NCBI GenBank assembly: GCA_963697455.1
Contig: CAVOOI010000034.1
Location: 10,811-34,810 of the forward strand
Reading direction: 5' to 3'
DNA length: 24,000 nucleotides
Source: an uncultured Pseudomonadota bacterium
GTDB lineage: Bacteria; Pseudomonadota; Gammaproteobacteria; Coxiellales; Coxiellaceae
Part shown: in pieces, positions 1-7,317 of the stretch
Numbering within the stretch: position 1 is the stretch's first letter
How the letters are laid out: each line of letters begins with the position of its first letter
Translations under genes and position numbers: made by a program
The notes under the pieces: model-generated
The model's database searches: none
Told to the model about the DNA's origin: nothing
The model's input: the letters and a program-made list of their open reading frames with translations, nothing else

Positions 1-299
1 CGTTCATATAAACCACTTTCTATTTGCATTTCTAATATGGTGCGAGACCAGCCATTTTTTATTGTTTGTTGGGCATACCATTCTCTAGTGGTATCGCTTT
101 TTATCATCTGCATTAGGCGAATAAGATGACCCCAAGGCAATTGCGAAACAGCCTGTTTCGCAAAGTCGATATTAGGGTAAGAGGAGGCAAATCGACGCAT
201 ATATTCAAGGTTTCGCTTGGAAAATCCCTGCATTTCAGGAAAAGTACGGCGCATGTCATTGGATAATTGTTCTAAAAATAGATCGCCCCATTTATGAAT
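1..299 (-). pseudogene. 5'-truncated DUF1016/YhcG-like (PDDEXK-nuclease family) gene fragment; the 3' part runs off the window start
   Basis: My minus-strand translation reads 'IHKWGDLFLEQLSNDMRRTFPEMQGFSKRNLEYMRRFASSYPNIDFAKQAVSQLPWGHLIRLMQMIKSDTTREWYAQQTIKNGWSRTILEMQIESGLYER'. This matches the conserved N-terminal DUF1016 pattern as I recall it (GWG..ID.LS.DL...FPEM.GFS.RNL.YMR.FA..YP......Q.V.QLPWGH...L....KD..ER.WYA...I.NGWSR.VL..QIES.LYER). About 55-60 N-terminal residues expected before the 'KWG' block are missing. The frame hits TGA at 321-323 with no in-frame start between. It is absent from the ORF track because it has no start and is cut by the window edge. Confidence 0.6.
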
Positions 300-637
300 G
301 CGCCTGCAGCGCCTGCAGGGTCAAGTCCTGAATTGTGAATAGATAACCGCAAATCAATGCACGATTCAAGACCAATGGCACTAAGTTAAGAAAAAGTATA
401 TTTTAAAACACTTCTGACTGGAATTTTTTTGCTATATTGCCTCTACCATCTATTATTTACCGGTGTTTGGTCAGATCAAATGTTTGTGATGATACCTATA
501 TTAGCAGGTGGGGTACTAAAAAATATTCTTTAAAGATATCTAACCACTGTCGTGCAAAGTGTTCTCAATCATTTTGGGGTGCGCATCAACACAGCTGATA
601 TTGGCAGCCTCTTTGTCCTTTGTCCCGCGGACAATTT

Positions 638-2107
638 TTATAGGGGGCCAGACCCGGGAGTAGGATTACTTGCTTTTGAATCCCGTAATAATGATTGGCT
701 ACCGGCTAGCGGTGAACCCGTATTTCTTAAGCGACTGGCATACAGCGCCTGTCTAACTTCTTGCAACGGAATTTTGGCGTCTTCGTGTCCTTGCTCTGCA
801 GATTTTGCATACCAAAACTCGGCTTCGGCTAAATTCGGCGGGTTGGCCCCTTCGCAAAACTCACCCATCCTAAACTGAGCATAAGGATCCCCCTTCTGAG
901 CGGCTGCTTTGTAATTGTCATAAGCCTCTTTATCTCGACCCAGCACTTCCATCACCTGGCCTATCTTGAAAAGCGCACCCATATGGTCTCCCGCTAATCG
1001 ATAGCAGCGCAGCGCTTCATCAAGGTTTTTATTGATTCCACAGCCATGCTGATAACAGCGACCCAGATTCACGAATATATATGGTTCAGGAGCATCACCC
1101 TGAACTGCCAATCTCAGATAATTAAAACCTTTTACTTTATCTTCGTCTACAGCTTTACCGCCAATGTAACAGCTTCCTAAATGCGCTAACGCCAATGTAT
1201 TACGTTTCTCTGCGGCTAAATGCCATAAGCGCACCGCTTCCTTCTGATCACGTGTTACAATTTCTCCCTTAAAATAACACTTTCCTAAAATTGCTTGAGC
1301 AGAAGCAAATCCTTGCTTTTCAGCAAGCTTCAATAGAGCTATTCCATCCTGCTCTTTATTTTTTCCGAATTTGCCTTGAATATACCATTCTCCCATTTGG
1401 CATTGCGCCTGAGCATCTCCTTTATCGATCAGTGGGCGCAACAATTTTTCCGCTTTTTTTGGATCAGGCGCAACGCCTATCCCTTCAATATAACAATCGG
1501 CTAGGGAGCATTGACCAGAACTGTTGTTTAGATTAGCTGATAATGTTAAATAATGAAAAGCCCGTTTTGAATCTGCGGCTATTCCGTAACCGCCTTGTTT
1601 ATAACAAGCCCCCATATCGCAATAAGCTTCTCCTTGTATCTTCCGATCTTTATCTTCTTCACCTTTGACAATCGCTTTCTTGAAGAACAGAACGGCTTCT
1701 TTCCAGTCTCTATTCACTCCCAGCCCCCACATATAATGATATCCCATTCTATGCAGCGAGCGGGGATAATATGACGCTGCTGCTAATTGATGCCAATAGA
1801 AGGCCTGCTGGAAATTTTGTACAATGTGATCATTTCCCTTACCGTAATATTCTCCAAGAGTGAATTGAGCGGCAGGATTACCTTGCTCTGCCGCCGCCGT
1901 GTACCAACGGATCGCTTGCGGTATATCGCGTACCTCTTCTTCATAAGCATAACAAGACGCCAAAAAGCCTTGCCCGGCAACATTACCTTGTTCTGCAGCG
2001 CAATGAAACCACTTCATCGCTTGTGTTAAATCTCTATCGACATGGATACCATCATGGTAACAGATGCCCAAAAATTCTGTGCATCCGGATTGCCATCCCC
2101 AGCCCAA
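638..2107 (-). CDS. Sel1-repeat (SLR/TPR-like) protein, EnhC/LpnE-type architecture
   Basis: 489-aa ORF made almost entirely of tandem ~36-aa Sel1 units that are visible by eye ('AMKWFHCAAEQGNVAGQGFLASCY', 'AIRWYTAAAEQGNPAAQFTLGEYY', 'AVRLWHLAAEKRNTLALAHLGSCY', 'AEFWYAKSAEQGHEDA'). The ORF-track start at 2107 is a TTG codon. The frame stays open upstream to ~2143 and encodes a signal-peptide-like stretch there, so the start is uncertain (see finding). Confidence 0.9.
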   Translation of the reverse strand: MGWGWQSGCTEFLGICYHDGIHVDRDLTQAMKWFHCAAEQGNVAGQGFLASCYAYEEEVRDIPQAIRWYTAAAEQGNPAAQFTLGEYYGKGNDHIVQNFQQAFYWHQLAAASYYPRSLHRMGYHYMWGLGVNRDWKEAVLFFKKAIVKGEEDKDRKIQGEAYCDMGACYKQGGYGIAADSKRAFHYLTLSANLNNSSGQCSLADCYIEGIGVAPDPKKAEKLLRPLIDKGDAQAQCQMGEWYIQGKFGKNKEQDGIALLKLAEKQGFASAQAILGKCYFKGEIVTRDQKEAVRLWHLAAEKRNTLALAHLGSCYIGGKAVDEDKVKGFNYLRLAVQGDAPEPYIFVNLGRCYQHGCGINKNLDEALRCYRLAGDHMGALFKIGQVMEVLGRDKEAYDNYKAAAQKGDPYAQFRMGEFCEGANPPNLAEAEFWYAKSAEQGHEDAKIPLQEVRQALYASRLRNTGSPLAGSQSLLRDSKASNPTPGSGPL

Positions 2108-4853
2108 AAGAAAGGCGAGGAATATCCGATAATAAAGAGTCAGTGCTCATCCATTCTTCAAACAGCGAATTTGGAGGAATCATTCTATAGGGTGTGGGTG
2201 TGTCTTGTGAAGGCGCCGGTATTTTTTCATCTTTATGTTCGGTCGATAATTGTTCCCGCCAGCTTACCCAGGCTTGCGGCGTGTCAGGTAATGAGCTGAT
2301 TTTATCCGAGTCTAACACCACTAAAGGAGTCGACACGGGCTGTATCGCTTGCTGCTGCTTAAGTTGAGAACCCTTCTTCTTTTTCTTCTTTTTTGAAGCT
2401 TTGGGAGGAGCACTGGGGGAGCTTATGCCCATCAACTGCACCAACTTATCGTATTTACCCGTTTGCGCCAGCAGCAGGGAAGAAATACCCTGCTGTTCTT
2501 GCTTAAGCAACGATGGCTTGATAAATGAGATTAGCAGCTCGCTCATTTTCTGTAAACGCATTTGTTTGTCAGAGGCTGTCGTTCTCAGGCTCTTCGTTAA
2601 TACTGCCAGCAAAACAACGACTAGCATTGATTCATCTTCCCAGTCCGCTAAGAAAGTTTGCATCGATTTAAAAGCTTCAGTGGTCTCTTGAGTAGCCAGT
2701 TCAATCCATTGCATCAGCTCAATCGGCTTGGATATAGACGGCTTTTTTTCAACCGGCATTTTCTGTTCCTTACGGATAGAAGTCTGGGGTGCGCTGTCTA
2801 AGGCAGGACTCACTGTGGTCGTCATTGCCGAAACAGATGATGATGAAGTTTCTTCCGGCGAACTAACATTTGAAAGTGGGGCAGTAATTATCATCGACAA
2901 GGATTTCTGTTCAGTAGGCGTCGGTATAGGTTCTAATGAAAAGTTTTTGACTATCCATTCGTATAATTCCCCCGAACGTTCGTGGCCCCCTTGAGCCTCG
3001 GCTTTCAGGATTTGGCTAACGACGCCTGCGACTGTCGGTTTGTCACGCCAGAAAATGGGTAAAATAACGTCCGTCGCATCGACATTTGATAACACTCCAT
3101 CTCTAAAAAGATCTCTGCTTTTCTGTATGAGCGTCAAGTGTTGGGGACCTTTCATTTCAGTATCTACCCTAATTGAATTTCGAGTTACAGAGATATCCAG
3201 AGGATATATCACGGGCCCGGTTTCCATCCCTACTTGGGTTACCTCATGAATTGGTTTTTTTAATTCGTTCACAACAGCCCCTTCGAAAGATTGTTCTGAT
3301 GGTTGTTTTGGCCGGTTTTTTTCTAAAAATGAAATCATCTGAGTAGGCAGCTTGTCCTCTTGATGTGTCGCCAACGCATAAAGATACAATTGACGCGCTA
3401 ACTTTAAGTGTTCTTGTCGCTGCAAATAGGAGAAGCTCGAGTTATCCATCAGATAGTTGGATTGGGAAATAATGAACTTAAACACCACATCACTATTGGC
3501 GTCAGACGAAGACATACCTGATAACACTCTACCGTTTAAGGCGTAAATCAAGTATTTAAATACTGAGAATGGAAGTGCGGTTTTGCCCATTTTTTTGCTC
3601 TGCAAAACTTTGGCTAATAATTCGAACAAATGATCCAGGGCCTTTATCCAATTTGTTCCCGCAATACGAGGATAATAGTAACGAATATTAGTTTCTACGA
3701 GCTGTCCTATTGATAATACCGTGCAACCGATCTCCCTAATGAGTTCATACGGTACGAGCTTATCTGCTTTAACGTCTGCTTCAGTCTGTTGGCCTACAGT
3801 TTCCAGCGCTCGCAATAAAAGCTTGAAAGAAATCTCACAAGGTGTATCGGTATAAAAGTGAATGCGTTCTAGGCTTTGCCATAAATCCGCCATGGGCTGA
3901 CTGGATGGAGGATTTTTTTGAATCAAGCGAATCACAAGCTTATCAAACGCCCCCACATCTAAATCTTTCAAGGGCGTGATTTTCAATGCAGTCAGAAGTT
4001 GGGCTACCCCTTGCAGGGTGGACTGACAGCATTCATGTACAGGCGCGTTTTTCTGCGATTCTAAAGGCTTTAATAACTTATGAATAGCTCCCAGATTAAG
4101 TGCATGACTGAAGTGATTAGCTGCTGCTAATTTTCCTAAACTCAGCAACAAAGCACTAGCCTGCGCAGCGTTAAAGGAGGCATCTGCCAATAGATTAACC
4201 ACAGGGTTAAAATTGGCCTGACCGTTTAAACAATCGGCCAATGATCCAATATGGTTTATCAAACAGCTCAACGCTGGTAGATTTATTAATTCTCCTTGGT
4301 GTAAGGTTGGTAACACACTAACCACCGTATTGATATTCAGATAGGGCTTGTTTTCGGGGGCTGTATGGGTTTTGGGAAGGCTAAATAGCGTTGTTCCCGG
4401 TAATTGTTTGCGTTCCAAAGCGAGCGTGTTCTGACGCTTGTTAAGCGTCGCTATCCCCGCAAATAATGGCTCCAATGATAATACATCCCTTGAAGGTTGA
4501 ATCCTTTTGTGTTCAGAGATTTTAAAAGTAATAAAATTAGGTCTCGTTAAAAAAATTTTCAATTCAACGAATAGGTTTTCTACAATCAGAAATGGATGCT
4601 CATGAAGGCAAAGACAACCTGGTATTTGCTGAAATATATGAACAAGGAAGGCATTTAATTGCGAATTCTCATAGGATCCTAAATCATTCCAATGGTAATT
4701 AATCGCTTGTAAGGCTCCCACCATCAGGGCTACTTGTGGCGTATTATTATTTTTAACTAACCATTGTCGAAATTTAAAAAAATTTTTGGATGTATCCTGT
4801 AAAAACTCAGTTAGTTGATCAGGGGAAAGTTGGGGAGCGTAAGATGTTCTCAT
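2052..4853 (-). CDS. Large orphan protein (933 aa) with a K7 NLS-like tract and a Ser/Thr-rich linker; candidate secreted effector
   Basis: Long uninterrupted ORF with an ATG start. I recognise no catalytic motif. Low-complexity segments include 'SNVSSPEETSSSSVSAMTTTVSP' and 'PPKASKKKKKKKGSQLKQQQ'. It lies divergent to the vWA gene across an AT-rich 267-nt spacer. No obvious SD precedes the ATG. Confidence 0.8.
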   Translation of the reverse strand: MRTSYAPQLSPDQLTEFLQDTSKNFFKFRQWLVKNNNTPQVALMVGALQAINYHWNDLGSYENSQLNAFLVHIFQQIPGCLCLHEHPFLIVENLFVELKIFLTRPNFITFKISEHKRIQPSRDVLSLEPLFAGIATLNKRQNTLALERKQLPGTTLFSLPKTHTAPENKPYLNINTVVSVLPTLHQGELINLPALSCLINHIGSLADCLNGQANFNPVVNLLADASFNAAQASALLLSLGKLAAANHFSHALNLGAIHKLLKPLESQKNAPVHECCQSTLQGVAQLLTALKITPLKDLDVGAFDKLVIRLIQKNPPSSQPMADLWQSLERIHFYTDTPCEISFKLLLRALETVGQQTEADVKADKLVPYELIREIGCTVLSIGQLVETNIRYYYPRIAGTNWIKALDHLFELLAKVLQSKKMGKTALPFSVFKYLIYALNGRVLSGMSSSDANSDVVFKFIISQSNYLMDNSSFSYLQRQEHLKLARQLYLYALATHQEDKLPTQMISFLEKNRPKQPSEQSFEGAVVNELKKPIHEVTQVGMETGPVIYPLDISVTRNSIRVDTEMKGPQHLTLIQKSRDLFRDGVLSNVDATDVILPIFWRDKPTVAGVVSQILKAEAQGGHERSGELYEWIVKNFSLEPIPTPTEQKSLSMIITAPLSNVSSPEETSSSSVSAMTTTVSPALDSAPQTSIRKEQKMPVEKKPSISKPIELMQWIELATQETTEAFKSMQTFLADWEDESMLVVVLLAVLTKSLRTTASDKQMRLQKMSELLISFIKPSLLKQEQQGISSLLLAQTGKYDKLVQLMGISSPSAPPKASKKKKKKKGSQLKQQQAIQPVSTPLVVLDSDKISSLPDTPQAWVSWREQLSTEHKDEKIPAPSQDTPTPYRMIPPNSLFEEWMSTDSLLSDIPRLSFGLGMAIRMHRIFGHLLP

Positions 4854-4960
4854 ATTTTAATATAATCAGCGGTTCGTTAAAAAATATTTATTCACATTCC
4901 CAATTAGAAACCCTTTTCTTATTGGAGGTATTGAAAAAATATGTCCTTCATATACGTATC

Positions 4961-4980
4961 GTATATTACCACAATATTAA
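4961..4980 (-). promoter_or_regulatory. PmrA-like tandem repeat (TTAATATT-GT-GGTAATATA, 11-bp period) upstream of the 933-aa gene
   Basis: The minus strand reads 5'-aTTAATATTgtgGTAATATAc-3'. The two TAATAT cores are exactly 11 nt apart and sit ~110-125 nt upstream of the ATG at 4853. This resembles the published Legionella/Coxiella PmrA element (tandem cTTAATatT with a 2-nt spacer). A chance match is possible in AT-rich DNA. Confidence 0.3.
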
Positions 4981-5120
4981 TTTCAACTGCCCTTTGATTT
5001 GCAATTTAACTGGTTGGGGTTGGAATTATCGGCTCTGACACGAAGTGAATGTTTGTAATTTTATTGGGAGTTAGTTATCATAGTTCTCGGGATCAGAAAG
5101 AACAATAAAGGAGACAATAT

Positions 5121-6638
5121 ATGAAAGAAGAACTTCATGAGGCCTTATCCCAGTTAGCTCGAGCACTATGGCCTTCTAAAACAATTACTTTGACTCCCGT
5201 GCTGCATAATGGAACAAATTATTTAAGATTAACTGCACCACCGATTGCTGATTATATACCTGACGGAAAACCCGAAGTTTACGTAGAGGCAGTCAAAGAA
5301 TTTAGAGAAGCATTTGAGAAAGATCCTTTTTTTGGCAAATCATTATCCGACGACTTGATTTCGCTTACACCGGTGGGATCAAAAGTGCACTTGCTCTTTA
5401 ACGTTGATGGTATGATCAAAGAGAAAGAAAAACTCTCTCAAGTTATTGAGATTAAGTCGATAATGCCGTTGCCTTCCTCTACCTCTACTCAAAATCAAGA
5501 TTCTCAGCGTATAGAAGAACTCCCAGGAGTCCCAGAAAGTGAAAGGGGAAATGTAAAATATATTCCTGAGACAAGTTACCTGCTCAATTCTTTCTTAAAA
5601 GCTGTACAAAAGCAGGCAGCCGTAACAGAAATGGCTTCCTTAAAGCAAGCCTCTCTTGGTTATTATGATGGAGGAGACAATCAGGGGAACCAGGATTGGG
5701 TCTCTCTCGCCCCTGTAGTCACTAAAACAGAAAAAGATGAACTCGACGATATTTTCATTAGCCACGTTCAAGATGAATTTGGTATAGAAAGAACAATAGC
5801 AGGTGCTATGGTTAAATGGTGGGAAAGCGGTTCGAGGCCAGGTTTTTACCGTTTCGCAATAAAAGTGAGCGAATTTCAGAAAAAACTAGATCCAAAAACG
5901 GGTAAACCTTTACCCCCGCCAAAAGAAAGCAAATACTTACCAAAGGAGCAAAAAACTTCAGAAGAGCAAAAAATTTCAAAAAAGTTTACACCTTTTGTCA
6001 AAAAAACAAATATTCAAGTTGCAAAAGATTTTGATCAGAAAAGTATTGCAGTTACTTTGGAGCCGGATTTTGGCATGACTGGAAATTTTCCAGAAGTCCA
6101 TATTATTTTAGTGATTGATAGCAGTGGTAGTATGGCTGGCGGTGTTTTCAAAAAAGTTCAAGAAGAAATAAACCGTTTCCTCACTCAATTATCAACTGAT
6201 ACCAACAAAGATTCCGTTAATATCAGTTTAATCACTTTTAACAATACTGCCAATACAGTATTTGCCAACCAACAGATTAAAACCGAAGAGAATCTAAATA
6301 AGTTAAAAAAATTAATTGACGACATCCGCGCGACAGGGACTACCGATATTTGTGCAGGACTGGGAAAAGCTATAGAGCTTTGTAAGAACAAAAATAACCG
6401 ACTAATCTTTATTACAGATGGGGAACAATCTATAAAGAAAGAAAACTTTAAATTTAACTTAGAAAAAATTTTTGCTGAGTTAGATTTGGAATTGATCCCT
6501 TCCCTAGGTTTAATCGGTTTCTCTACAAGTGTTTCGTTAGCAGATCTGAACCTTATTAGAGAAGTTTTTACCAAAAAACCGGAAGAACTTTGCCATTTGA
6601 TTATACTACAGAACTCAATGGGTTGTCTGATCTTTTGA
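5121..6638 (+). CDS. von Willebrand factor type A (vWA/MIDAS) domain protein; the annotated 3' end is probably out of frame
   Basis: Strong SD (AAAGGAG) lies 7-8 nt before the ATG at 5121. The C-terminal third (about 6093-6560) has the vWA signatures in canonical order: 'HIILVIDSSGSM' (D-x-S-x-S MIDAS), 'ISLITFNN', 'ATGTTDI', 'RLIFITDGEQ', 'LGLIGFSTS'. The N-terminal ~320 aa are unrecognisable. The last ~20 codons ('PEELCHLIILQNSMGCLIF') look like a frameshifted tail. Confidence 0.85.
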   Translation: MKEELHEALSQLARALWPSKTITLTPVLHNGTNYLRLTAPPIADYIPDGKPEVYVEAVKEFREAFEKDPFFGKSLSDDLISLTPVGSKVHLLFNVDGMIKEKEKLSQVIEIKSIMPLPSSTSTQNQDSQRIEELPGVPESERGNVKYIPETSYLLNSFLKAVQKQAAVTEMASLKQASLGYYDGGDNQGNQDWVSLAPVVTKTEKDELDDIFISHVQDEFGIERTIAGAMVKWWESGSRPGFYRFAIKVSEFQKKLDPKTGKPLPPPKESKYLPKEQKTSEEQKISKKFTPFVKKTNIQVAKDFDQKSIAVTLEPDFGMTGNFPEVHIILVIDSSGSMAGGVFKKVQEEINRFLTQLSTDTNKDSVNISLITFNNTANTVFANQQIKTEENLNKLKKLIDDIRATGTTDICAGLGKAIELCKNKNNRLIFITDGEQSIKKENFKFNLEKIFAELDLELIPSLGLIGFSTSVSLADLNLIREVFTKKPEELCHLIILQNSMGCLIF

Positions 6639-6804
6639 ACATGCATTGTCAAACTGCTTTGCTACCAGTCCTACCCCCTTCTTCAATATTCCTCAATTTT
6701 TTTGGGAAGAAAGAAGGCACGAGCATGACTGACATGAAGGAAAGTTCAATTACCAGTTTCCTGATTGGGGCGCCCGCGAAAACAATTACTTTTACATTTC
6801 CGCA

Positions 6805-7287
6805 ATGCTCAGGATTGAGTTGCAACTTTTCATAAAAATGAAAGATTCTAGTCATATTGAGATTAAAAATATTGATTCAAATATCAAATATAAAATAGAT
6901 TCTGGCTGTGTCGTATTGACTGGTGAGGCAAAGCAACTAAAATATCAGGAAAGTTCCTCTATGAGTTATTTTGTTGGCAAGCTCGGTTCTTTGGAGACTC
7001 AATATGCAGAGGCAAAGATAAGTGAAGATATATTTCAACAGCATCTTAGTGCCTTAGATCGAGATATCGAAACAGTTCTTATAGATCTTCGATTACTTTC
7101 TGATAAAAGCGGTAGTGCGTTATCTAAATTTCAACAAGAGATAGTTCAAGCACGAAAAGTACAAATAAGAGAAGTAACCTCCAGAAAGTCATTAGGTAAA
7201 CACAGCGTAACTAACGTAGGAGATGACAATATTAAATATTTGGCAAAGGTTTCACAAATTACGAACAAATATGTACACAAAAAATAG
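6805..7287 (+). CDS. Hypothetical protein, or the C-terminal fragment of the disrupted vWA gene
   Basis: 160-aa ORF, with an alternative ATG at 6838 ('MKDSSHIEIKN...'). No SD precedes either start. Its frame is open upstream to 6733 and overlaps the preceding 6479-6835 open frame. The N-terminal part has a beta-strand-like alternating pattern and the C-terminal half looks coiled-coil-like. Confidence 0.5.
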   Translation: MLRIELQLFIKMKDSSHIEIKNIDSNIKYKIDSGCVVLTGEAKQLKYQESSSMSYFVGKLGSLETQYAEAKISEDIFQQHLSALDRDIETVLIDLRLLSDKSGSALSKFQQEIVQARKVQIREVTSRKSLGKHSVTNVGDDNIKYLAKVSQITNKYVHKK

Positions 7288-7317
7288 TCGCCTTGGCGCT
7301 AACCAGTGTTCATGTGA

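Noticed and set aside
312-319. The CCTGCAGG (SbfI) and double CTGCAG (PstI) sites at the truncation junction, as a possible cloning or vector scar.
   Set aside because: The flanks look like native genomic sequence on both sides, with no vector-like sequence that I recognise. The sequence alone cannot distinguish the two. I kept only the neutral 'recombination scar' interpretation.
429-456. Sigma70-like promoter on the + strand: TTGCTA-16 nt-TATTAT.
   Set aside because: It is a good hexamer match but would fire antisense into the Sel1 gene, with no plausible downstream + strand gene. Such matches are expected by chance in AT-rich spacers. It is not reported as a feature.
552-878. A 108-aa + strand ORF. 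The same applies to the many other 60-105-aa ORFs in the track (1291-1536, 1783-2029, 2401-3249, 6185-6855 minus, 9458-10517, 12479-13227, 14539-15699, 16151-18457 plus, 19495-20458, 20984-21169, 21823-22257, 23616-23804).
   Set aside because: Each lies entirely inside, and antisense to or out of frame with, a much longer ORF that has recognisable protein features. Their translations are low-complexity or Cys/Arg-rich shadow sequences with no SD. I treat them as non-coding.
4790-5038. An 82-aa + strand ORF spanning the 933-aa gene start and the divergent spacer.
   Set aside because: It overlaps the 5' end of the 933-aa gene on the opposite strand, has no SD, and translates to AT-rich codon noise (Ile/Asn/Tyr/Leu-rich).
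7288-7317. Expected bidirectional terminator between the convergent genes ending at 7287 and 7318, and likewise at 21283-21287.
   Set aside because: I found only a 4-bp GC pairing (cgcc/ggcg) with a 2-nt loop. No stable hairpin or U-tract can be drawn.
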